A stretch of 20,000 nt of DNA from an uncultured virus (IMG/VR IMGVR_UViG_3300022841_000001). Lineage: Duplodnaviria > Heunggongvirae > Uroviricota > Caudoviricetes > Crassvirales. Position 1 is the stretch's first letter; each line of letters opens with the position of its first letter. Below, in pieces: positions 8,701-16,192 of this stretch. The notes beneath the pieces are model-generated. The model saw only the letters and a program-made list of their open reading frames with translations, was not told where the DNA came from and ran no database searches. The stretch lies in the IMG/VR virus record IMGVR_UViG_3300022841_000001; one strand, 5' to 3'. The translations under genes were made by a program, and so were the position numbers.

Positions 8701-10509
8701 GGAGACCAAGACCAAACATCAAGTGTTGATGCTGTAGTTAATTTAAATTTCCAAGACTGTTTTACTTTTGGTAATGGGGTTGAGAGTTTTAAAATAAAAG
8801 ATTCATTAGCTGGTAGAGCTATGGTTTTAGGCCAAAGAGTATTAGCTGTATCTAATCAAGATTACAAAGAAGCTGATAGGTTTGAGGGTATTACTTATAG
8901 TGGAGTTTACAGTAGTAATAGTGGTGTCAATAATCTTAATGAATTTAATTTAGGATTGGCAAACTTTAAAGACTGCGAAACTATATTTGGCCCAATACAA
9001 AAAATGCATGCTCGTGAAACTGATATACTTGTTCTTCAAGAAGATAGAATAACTTACGTATTATCAAGTAAAAATTTAATTAGCGACAGTACTGGTGGAG
9101 GAGTTATCGCATCTGTTCCTCAAGTACTTGGAACTCAGATAGCTAGAATAGAAGAATATGGTATTAGTTATAATCCTGAAAGTTTTGCTTCTTGGGGTTC
9201 TGATATGTTTTTCACTGATGTAAAAAGAGGTGCTGTTCTAAAGCTTAGAGGTACTAGTAGAAATAATGATTCGTTAGAAGTTATATCTTCTAATGGAATG
9301 AGGTCATATTTTAGAGATCAGTTTCACGAATCAATACAGACTCAGAAGTTAGGAGGATACGATCCTTATATGAATGAATATGTATTAGGAATGAACTGTA
9401 CTGAGATACCTTTACCTCCAGAGGTTTCAGCTTGTGGATATACTCTTCAGAAAAACAATTTATTAAAAGACTCTGTAATAGTATCAACTATAGATTATGG
9501 CGCTGTAATTGGTGAGTCTAATATTTCTTATACTATTGCATCAGGTGGAAGTATAACTATTTCTTCTTTATGGAATGGTATTACTACTACTAGTGGCTTG
9601 CTAACAGGTAATGGTGTATTCTCTTTTGATAAAACATTAAACACTCCTAGAAACGCTGTGGTAACGATTACTGCAATAACAGATTCTTCTTTTAATATAA
9701 CAGCTGATTGCCCTACGGAAGTTCCTATAGAAGTTATAAAGGTGGTAATGAATTCTTCAGTAGATGCAAATGATTTTATACACACTGAATATAAATGGAA
9801 TAATTTAGTTGTAGTTAGTCCTATTGATTCGAGTCTTTCAACTCTTGGAAGTAATAATAAAATTGCATCTAATTATGTTTCTCAAATAGGAATTAGGTCT
9901 TTAGGTGTTTTTCCTTATAGTGGTACAGATATTACTATCAGGTCTAATAAGATTAATTTTGATGATTATGATTGGGTTGTTAATAGTGATAACTTTAAAT
10001 ACCTATCTAGTGATGTTTTGTTTTCGAATAACGAAGCAGATATAAATACTTTATTATCAACATCGGTAACAATACCAAACAATGAAGTATCAAATCCTTC
10101 AATTGGATTGTATGAGGCTATTGTTCCTGGATTAGATCTACCAATAAATAATAAATATTTATATTTGATTTATGATTACAGAGAAACTAGTTGTCAGGAA
10201 TTTTGTTATGACCCAGTTTCAGCTTCAGCAGCTTGTTGTGAATGTACTATTTCGTATACAGCATACCAAAGTAGCTCAATACAACAGAACAATAAAGTTG
10301 TTTGTGGTCAGCCTTTAATACAGACTTTCTATCATACAGGAACCGGTTCATTACCAGTTATAGGTGACTTTGTTTACTCATCATCAATTGGCCAACCTGG
10401 AACAACATTAGCTCTTGGGCTATACCAGATTAGTGGAACGGATTATATAACAGTAAATAAATTTGGACTAGTTACAAAGGTAACTACTTGTCCAGTAAAT
10501 CAAGTTTAA
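5701..10509 (+). CDS. Tail nozzle/muzzle (P22 gp10 / tail tubular B-like) main part with Cys-rich C-terminal extension, 1602 aa
   Basis: N-terminal GRMNKSVDERLLPPGEYIDALNVR, LLFWTDDLNPPRYIN, FAYRYRYSDGQYS, GNRLMYGNYVDGY, YGISYNPESFA, FFTDVKRGAVLKL and LGGYDPY are recalled hallmarks of crAss-like/phi38:1-like tail stabilization proteins. Confidence 0.75.
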   Translation: MPIINTNFVAGRMNKSVDERLLPPGEYIDALNVRLGSTETTEIGAVENAKGNSRLTTLSYKGQDLSPAAVCIGAFQDGVRETLYWWVHDDENQAASDGVVDMLVSYNTTSQVINYHVITEALLNFNTDYLITGISLIDGLLFWTDDLNPPRYINILRNYDSPEDDVDKIKEEDISVIVKIPGFEDAVDNVTPLPVPKITLLNVPGGENYIKNRFLCFAYRYRYSDGQYSATSLFSLPAFSAKPFDFDTKNFNNAGMENLYNGVTVEYSTGSKNVVEIDLLFKDTNANTINVIERFIKEDYGWADNTIQSYVFTNSKIYTVLGGDELLRQYDNVPRLAKAQIIQGNRLMYGNYVDGYNFTTGSSEGTRVALDYNTKIVNTPIQSQELPFASFGTGLTYSIDPSDSKSYINNILTFDLSLTNGKLIKGAFIGFIFNIESEGTAVGSGQSDNPAWLANDQFKNANFTLEVNITLDDDYSSTYDFLTSALFQNAIGTILNTNFNPLSTSDQGSSLTDFFNNELSSPSTSFQFSKTNSGVTSSVIQQGFLLSGISPGSDTFNIQIIGMQYQNTDTTPTTTDIYEYFRFVSGEAGFSNTVNTGSLHSNRDYETGIVYSDGFGRSSTVLVSERNTVYVEPGNSDTQNTIQVALSSLAPYWAERYKFVVKPSLANYEVIYTNLYYVRPSDNMVFFKLEGDNVNKVTKGQTLIIKADVSGPLSRLEKAEVLEVQAEARDFLALSSELGEDSNQLAGLYMQMKNQNFDIVIPEDSVIEYGEMVVRSSSNGCTSGRKIAYPCYTQDVVGDSSATTNYTVPAGSSVKVKVRAFRNDTFNGRSCQEILWEWDQQYISSDDYLDLRKWWVGDNINPVIADPGNLSDETTINYIQSLANPSGTPGNDILDTKGVADNVECESFEVTFQWIQGDSQSADDPLYLGVSSGMHGCYRPTQSNRTADLHVELIVQRANTLMVFESEPLDADAELYYDASESFPITQPEGFHLSGNNIGLGDQDQTSSVDAVVNLNFQDCFTFGNGVESFKIKDSLAGRAMVLGQRVLAVSNQDYKEADRFEGITYSGVYSSNSGVNNLNEFNLGLANFKDCETIFGPIQKMHARETDILVLQEDRITYVLSSKNLISDSTGGGVIASVPQVLGTQIARIEEYGISYNPESFASWGSDMFFTDVKRGAVLKLRGTSRNNDSLEVISSNGMRSYFRDQFHESIQTQKLGGYDPYMNEYVLGMNCTEIPLPPEVSACGYTLQKNNLLKDSVIVSTIDYGAVIGESNISYTIASGGSITISSLWNGITTTSGLLTGNGVFSFDKTLNTPRNAVVTITAITDSSFNITADCPTEVPIEVIKVVMNSSVDANDFIHTEYKWNNLVVVSPIDSSLSTLGSNNKIASNYVSQIGIRSLGVFPYSGTDITIRSNKINFDDYDWVVNSDNFKYLSSDVLFSNNEADINTLLSTSVTIPNNEVSNPSIGLYEAIVPGLDLPINNKYLYLIYDYRETSCQEFCYDPVSASAACCECTISYTAYQSSSIQQNNKVVCGQPLIQTFYHTGTGSLPVIGDFVYSSSIGQPGTTLALGLYQISGTDYITVNKFGLVTKVTTCPVNQV

Positions 10510-12006
10510 ATGGGAGTATTAGGAACATATTGTTTTGATGGATTAAATTTTTCTCAAGCCTCTGCGCTTTTTAGTGACGCATCATTATCGGTTTTAGCTG
10601 ATGATGGTTATTATTCTCAAGGAGGTATAGTTAGACAGCAATTAAATGGAGTTTTATTAAAAGCTAACGCTTGTGGATCGTGTTCTATTTCTTGTGGAAA
10701 TGGAGTTTCTGTAAGTATTAGTCAGAATGGATTCTTTGATATAAATTTTGATGTTGGTAATAGTATTGGGGCAGTAGTTGCTTATTTTTATATGGGTACC
10801 TCTATTGCTGATGGTGTCATTGCTAACTATGATTCGAATAATTATAATAGGTTAACCGCAAAAGGAAACGATGGTACTATTTTAATAGACGGATCTGGTG
10901 CTAATGTTGATTATGCTGGTATTGGAAATCAAAACACTGGGGATCCTACTTATGTAGGTAGTAATTCTTCTAATATTATTAGATCTTACACCAACACGAA
11001 TACTACTCCTGGACAATGTTCTCCTGGAGATGCTCCTGAAAATTACAGTTATTCAGGGTCTTCGTATGTTGCTCAGGGAACTTTAAATCCATTAACGGTA
11101 ACCAACGAAATGTGTGGAAGAGCTTCTAGTGGTAGCCCTGTGTTTACAATAGTAATACCTAAGACAAACTTAACTATTAATTCTTTAAACTTAAAAATTT
11201 CTGCTCCTGCGTGTGGAACTTTCTTTTCATATGAATTAGATTGTCCTATTTCTTTACCGTCTTTTAGTTCTTCAAATGCCTCTCTAACAACGGATTGTGA
11301 TACTACTCAAAACCAGACTTTTTATTTTGTAAGAAATGCTGTAGGAACAGGTACACCTTTTACCTTAGATACAAATACAATACCTGAAGTTGGTAATTTT
11401 GTTTTTATTGATGAAAATGGTGGTACTTATTTAAATGACAACTCTGATATATTGTACTACGTAACTGGAACTACTTCTATTGGTGTTAGAAATGGTGTTG
11501 TAATATCTTCACAGCAATGTGAAAACAATTCATCAGACCCAAAAACAATGGGGCCAACTTCTACTTCTAGAAATGAAGCATGTTCTACTACTACTACACC
11601 TAATACAGCTTATTTTTTAAACAATATAGTAGCAGAAGGTGTTACGGTTTTCTCTGATTCTAATTTGAATACTCCTTTTGTTGGTGATAGTGGATTTTAC
11701 AAACTGGAGGACGGTAAAGATAAAGCGATACAGATTGATTCATCAGGTGAAATTATATCTCCAGTGTTTCTTTGTGGTTCATCTCTTTATAAACTAAGTG
11801 ATTGTAGTTCTAATTTATTTTACACTGTAGCTAATGACTATCCTGCTCAATTAGGAGATGTTATGCAATATCAAATTGGAACTCCAGGTTCCGGAGCTGT
11901 ATACTGTGGTGAAGTTGTAGACTTAAATCAAGGAGGACAAGCAGATGCTACTTTAGTAAACGGCCTTAAGTATGATTGTAATGATAGTGTACACTGTGCG
12001 CAATAA
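10510..12006 (+). CDS. Cys-rich, beta-rich tail-associated protein (putative fibre/receptor-binding), 498 aa
   Basis: Ser/Thr/Gly/Asn-rich with many Cys and three copies of a Cys-bounded module shared with the end of the preceding gene. Ends in four tandem TAA codons (12004-12015). Confidence 0.55.
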   Translation: MGVLGTYCFDGLNFSQASALFSDASLSVLADDGYYSQGGIVRQQLNGVLLKANACGSCSISCGNGVSVSISQNGFFDINFDVGNSIGAVVAYFYMGTSIADGVIANYDSNNYNRLTAKGNDGTILIDGSGANVDYAGIGNQNTGDPTYVGSNSSNIIRSYTNTNTTPGQCSPGDAPENYSYSGSSYVAQGTLNPLTVTNEMCGRASSGSPVFTIVIPKTNLTINSLNLKISAPACGTFFSYELDCPISLPSFSSSNASLTTDCDTTQNQTFYFVRNAVGTGTPFTLDTNTIPEVGNFVFIDENGGTYLNDNSDILYYVTGTTSIGVRNGVVISSQQCENNSSDPKTMGPTSTSRNEACSTTTTPNTAYFLNNIVAEGVTVFSDSNLNTPFVGDSGFYKLEDGKDKAIQIDSSGEIISPVFLCGSSLYKLSDCSSNLFYTVANDYPAQLGDVMQYQIGTPGSGAVYCGEVVDLNQGGQADATLVNGLKYDCNDSVHCAQ

Positions 12007-12026
12007 TAATAATAAATTATAAAAAA

Positions 12027-12845
12027 ATGTCTTTAAATTGTAGTAATAGTACAGTAACGTACAGTGAAAGTGCAAAAGGATTTCCTTCTTTTTACAGCTT
12101 TATACCAGAGTATATGATTGGTATGAATAGTTTTTTCTATAGCTTTAAAGAAGGTAACCTGTGGAGACACAATACAAATCCAGTGCGTAACAATTTTTAT
12201 GGAGAGCAACATAAATCTACAATAACAAGTGTATTTAATCCTCAGCCCACACAAGCAATAAAATTATTTAAAACGTTATCGTATGAATCAACAACAACTG
12301 TAGATAATCAGGCAAATGCTGCCTGGAGTTGTACTTATTTAAAAACTGATTTAACGGATGGTAATCCTGGATCTATGTTATCAACTTATTTTCAACAAAA
12401 AGAAGGGGAGTGGTTTAGCTACATAAGAACAAATGAATCAACGATAAACTTTAAAGCTAGGTCAGCAAATGGTATAGGAAACTGTACTGCTATTAGTGGT
12501 TTATCTGATGATATATTATTAGAATTCAACGTTTCAGTTGGCTCTATTCTTAGTATTGGTGATTTAGTTTATGCTGCAAATATAGAGAACGGTTCTGTAG
12601 TTGGAATTCCTATAGCTGCTGGTATTGTAATTTCAAAAAACTCCAGCAGTATTTCTATAAATGCAACTCCTACACAGAACTATACAGTTCCTACTGTTGG
12701 TCAGTACATAATGTATATAAAAAATGCTGTTGCAGAGTCTACTGGAGCTAGAGGTTACTACTTAGAATTTAAGTTAGAAAATAATTCCTCAAATCCAGTT
12801 GAATTGTTTTCTGTGGGCAGTAGCGTCATGAAAAGTAATCCATAG
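12027..12845 (+). CDS. C-terminal part of the tail nozzle/muzzle protein encoded as a separate gene, 272 aa
   Basis: TVTYSESAKGFPSFYSFIPE...FYSFKEGNLWRHN...NNFYG, IKLFKTLSYES, FQQKEGEWFSYI and GARGYYLEFKL...VELFSV match the C-terminal region of tail stabilization proteins as I recall them. Confidence 0.62.
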   Translation: MSLNCSNSTVTYSESAKGFPSFYSFIPEYMIGMNSFFYSFKEGNLWRHNTNPVRNNFYGEQHKSTITSVFNPQPTQAIKLFKTLSYESTTTVDNQANAAWSCTYLKTDLTDGNPGSMLSTYFQQKEGEWFSYIRTNESTINFKARSANGIGNCTAISGLSDDILLEFNVSVGSILSIGDLVYAANIENGSVVGIPIAAGIVISKNSSSISINATPTQNYTVPTVGQYIMYIKNAVAESTGARGYYLEFKLENNSSNPVELFSVGSSVMKSNP

Positions 12846-12853
12846 AATTTCTG

Positions 12854-12861
12854 TATATTTG
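12854..12861 (+). promoter_or_regulatory. Bacteroidota-type -7 promoter element (TATATTTG) for the GNAT/ejection block
   Basis: Exact TAnnTTTG in the 20-bp intergenic gap, only 4 nt before ATG 12866. Confidence 0.65.
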
Positions 12862-12865
12862 TGAT

Positions 12866-13276
12866 ATGGAATTACATATAAGAAGATTAGTTGAATCGGA
12901 TTACGATAATATTTTGTGTAAATGGTGGAAAGATTGGAGATGGACACCACCTTCTAGAGACTTTTTACCTAACGATGGAGTAGGCGGTATTATAGTTTAC
13001 GATGGAAATACTCCTGTTTGTGCAGGGTATGTTTATATTACCAATTCAAAAGTAGGTTGGTGTGATTGGATTATATCTAACTTTGAATATAAAGACAAGA
13101 GTAATAGAAAAGAAGCTTTAAATGAGCTGATACGTGCTTTAACTGACACATTAAAAAAAGGTGGTTGTAAGTATTCTTACGCTCTTATAAAATCCAAATC
13201 TCTAATTGGAAATTATGTAAATAACGGCTATGTTGAGGGAGATAGTTACAATAAAGAAATGATAAAAATATTATAA
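12866..13276 (+). CDS. GNAT-fold (acetyltransferase-like) protein in the T7 gp13-like position, 136 aa
   Basis: GNAT-like pattern: IRRLVESDY start, beta strands GIIVYDGNTPVCAGYVY and WCDWIISN, a helix, then LIGNYVNNGY. Sits between nozzle and internal virion genes as in many podophages. Confidence 0.6.
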   Translation: MELHIRRLVESDYDNILCKWWKDWRWTPPSRDFLPNDGVGGIIVYDGNTPVCAGYVYITNSKVGWCDWIISNFEYKDKSNRKEALNELIRALTDTLKKGGCKYSYALIKSKSLIGNYVNNGYVEGDSYNKEMIKIL

Positions 13277-13277
13277 T

Positions 13278-14123
13278 ATGGCGGCAGTAACAGCATCAGT
13301 AGTAGGTATAGCAACAGGTCTTGCATCAGCAGGTATGAGTTTTAGTCAAGCAGCTAAAGCGTCTGATGCTGAATCTAAAGCATTAAAGGCTTCTGAAGAA
13401 TTAATGGAGGAGGCTAAAAAAGAAGCAGAAGTTAGATACCTAGAAGGATTAAATGTTCCTTTAGATGGATACGATGAAGAAGCTCGTGCAAACTTACAAG
13501 CTCAACAACAAGGGTTACAAGCTCTTCAAGAGGGTGACCCTAGAAATTTAGCTGCTGGTGTAGGTAGAGTTGGAGCAGCTGCAACTTTAACGAATGAAGG
13601 TATTCGTAACGACAAGAATAGAGAGCTATATGATTTAGAAAAAGCTCAAGTATTAGAACAACAAGCAATAGGGCAAGATTTAAAAGATATGGCTGTTGGT
13701 GCTGCTGCTGATCAGCAAATGATTTCTCGTGATGCTGCTGAAAATAAAGCTGCTGCTCAACAAAGTGCATTTGCAGGTATAGGTCAAGCGGCTAGTTCTG
13801 CGGCCAGCTTAGTTCCATTATACGCGAAGTCAAAAACAGATAGAGATATTAGTGATATTTTAGGAAATACAGATACTGCTAATATGAGAATAATGGGAGA
13901 TAATCCTAATAGTAATAGTAATTTATTTGAAAAATACACATTAGCAGGTAACAATTCAGAGGCGTCTAAATATGCTCCTCAGATTAGTGGCTCTGCAGCT
14001 ATGAGTAATTCTCAGATTATGCAGGAAATTACAGCAATGGGTTATACTGCGGAGGAACTACGTGCATTGAAAAAAGCTAAGAGTGGTTTTAATATTAACA
14101 CGTCAGGAAGATTCTCTAGATAA
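13278..14123 (+). CDS. Putative internal virion/ejection protein (T7 gp14-like), 281 aa
   Basis: N-terminal Gly/Ala-rich hydrophobic helix (AVTASVVGIATGLASAGMSF), Ala/Gln coiled coil and a second Gly/Ala helix. First gene after the GNAT gene. Confidence 0.6.
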   Translation: MAAVTASVVGIATGLASAGMSFSQAAKASDAESKALKASEELMEEAKKEAEVRYLEGLNVPLDGYDEEARANLQAQQQGLQALQEGDPRNLAAGVGRVGAAATLTNEGIRNDKNRELYDLEKAQVLEQQAIGQDLKDMAVGAAADQQMISRDAAENKAAAQQSAFAGIGQAASSAASLVPLYAKSKTDRDISDILGNTDTANMRIMGDNPNSNSNLFEKYTLAGNNSEASKYAPQISGSAAMSNSQIMQEITAMGYTAEELRALKKAKSGFNINTSGRFSR

Positions 14124-14129
14124 AAAATT

Positions 14130-16187
14130 ATGGCAGAAAATAAAAGTACACCACAGGCATCAAATAAATATTCTATTTACGCTCAGAGAAATGTAGAAAG
14201 CACTCAAGTTGACTGGTCTAAAATAGCCAGTACTTTAACTAAAGGAGCTGAATCAATCAGAGATGAGAGGCAAGGTCGTAAAGACGCTATAGACGTAGCT
14301 ACTCAGGATTCAATGGAGCAGCTTAGTAAGGTTGAAGATGTAAATAATCAAGATGCTGCTAGTTTACTTATTGATGGCTCAAGTATGTCTACTGAGTCTC
14401 TCAGAGTTCAATCAAATATGCTGAAACGTGGTTTAATAAAGCCAAAAGATTTTAAGCTTTTTATGCAACAACAAAAAAATGGGTATTCAAATTTAAACAC
14501 AGCTGTAAAGGGCTGGGATAAATGGGCTACACAAGCAACTGAAAGGTTGGCTATTGCAAAAGCTACAAGTTCACCTATAGCAAGTGAGTTAGAGATTGAA
14601 TTAAACAAACAGCTAGAAGGTTTAGGTAACTTAAAGAATAAAAAACTATGGACTAATCCTGTAAATGGCCAAATGCAGTTGGTTACTATGGGTAAGAATA
14701 AGGATGGCATCTATAATGTTATGCCTGATTACAATACTGAAAAAGAAAAGTTTCAGAATCCAAACACTATGAATAACTTGATGAAGTTTAAGTTAGATAG
14801 GTTTGATATGAAGTCTGCGACAAAAAGAATTACAGACCAAACTGCTACAATTATAACTGCATACGAAGGTAATTATAATGTTTTATCAGGTGGTGGAGCG
14901 ATATATTCAAAAGAAAGTTTTAGACAGTTAGGTAAATTTGGAAAAGATTCAAATGGCAAAAAGCTAACATTTAAAGACTGGAAAGAAAACGAGATTGATG
15001 CTGTTGTTGGTAGCTCTTCAGAGACTAATAATTCTAATGCCGGTCAAGTGCTTGCTGGTAGAGGTTACAAATATGCTAGAACTAAAAAACAATTTAAGTC
15101 TCAGTATCCAAATCTTGATGAAAAATTCTTTATTCCTTACGAAACAATTTCAGGAAGACCAGAAATTACATTAACTTCTGCTCAACAAAAAGAGGCTAGA
15201 AATTTTGTAAACAATCAAATTGAAGCTGGTATCGATGATAAATTAACAATATCTTCTGCTAAGGCTGGTCAACAAAAAAGACAAGACACAACAAACACCA
15301 CTGATATAAATGATGCGAAAAACAGAAGGGTTGCATATGCTGGTGATTTAAATAACCTTATGTCTGGGGACTCAGGAAAAGCTTCTGCTGTTGGTGAGGA
15401 TAGAATAGTAGACATGAACAAAAGATTCAAAGAGTCTAAAAGTCAGTCAACTAAAGAGATACAAAAAATATCAAGAAACGCTGACGAGTTTGTTATCAAA
15501 CAAAAAGAGAAAGGAAAAGATATATCTGTTAAAATACAGAGGTATGAAAAGGATGGTAAAGGTGGGTATGATTCTTCTAGACCAAGACCAGCAAAAGAAA
15601 TAGCGAGAGAGCTTTACAGGCAAATACTTCCTGCTGATGCTACTGATATGTCATTTGATCAATTTTATCAAGATGCCATAGATGATGGGTTTAGTTTTAC
15701 TCCAAGAATGATTGATAATGGTAGTGGTACTATGGTTCCTAACCCTGATTACAAAGGTGATGAAACTACTTCTACTACTGAAAACATAAGACCAATTGAA
15801 TTATATTCTTCAGGGAGTGATTATACTGATTTAAACTTCACGAAAACATTAGCTGATGAGTACGCTTTAATACCTAAAGGTAGAGATAATTTTGAAGCGG
15901 CTACTCCTGTTGTAATGAAATCAGTTGAAAGAGGTTTATCTGCAATACCTGGAGCTAGAGGTATCACAGTGACCAGTAACGATGTAAGATTTGATAGTAC
16001 TAACGAGATTATTGTAAACTTCAATAACCCAGTTACTGGGAAGCCTGATAAAAAAGTTTTTAAATTTAATGAAGACACAACTAAACTTCAAGGAGATGTT
16101 GATGTTTTTATTAATGAGCAAATACAATTGTACAACGATTCAATAGGAAGTGATATAAAAGGAAACGCATCAAGATTTAATAAATAA
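14130..16187 (+). CDS. Putative internal virion/ejection protein (gp15-like position), 685 aa
   Basis: Hydrophilic, Cys-free, helical N-terminal half. Lies between the small and the giant ejection-like genes. Confidence 0.5.
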   Translation: MAENKSTPQASNKYSIYAQRNVESTQVDWSKIASTLTKGAESIRDERQGRKDAIDVATQDSMEQLSKVEDVNNQDAASLLIDGSSMSTESLRVQSNMLKRGLIKPKDFKLFMQQQKNGYSNLNTAVKGWDKWATQATERLAIAKATSSPIASELEIELNKQLEGLGNLKNKKLWTNPVNGQMQLVTMGKNKDGIYNVMPDYNTEKEKFQNPNTMNNLMKFKLDRFDMKSATKRITDQTATIITAYEGNYNVLSGGGAIYSKESFRQLGKFGKDSNGKKLTFKDWKENEIDAVVGSSSETNNSNAGQVLAGRGYKYARTKKQFKSQYPNLDEKFFIPYETISGRPEITLTSAQQKEARNFVNNQIEAGIDDKLTISSAKAGQQKRQDTTNTTDINDAKNRRVAYAGDLNNLMSGDSGKASAVGEDRIVDMNKRFKESKSQSTKEIQKISRNADEFVIKQKEKGKDISVKIQRYEKDGKGGYDSSRPRPAKEIARELYRQILPADATDMSFDQFYQDAIDDGFSFTPRMIDNGSGTMVPNPDYKGDETTSTTENIRPIELYSSGSDYTDLNFTKTLADEYALIPKGRDNFEAATPVVMKSVERGLSAIPGARGITVTSNDVRFDSTNEIIVNFNNPVTGKPDKKVFKFNEDTTKLQGDVDVFINEQIQLYNDSIGSDIKGNASRFNK

Positions 16188-16192
16188 GAACA

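Noticed and set aside
12004..12015. (TAA)4 microrepeat
   Set aside because: Just tandem stop codons in an AT-rich leader. Relevant only because it excludes read-through.
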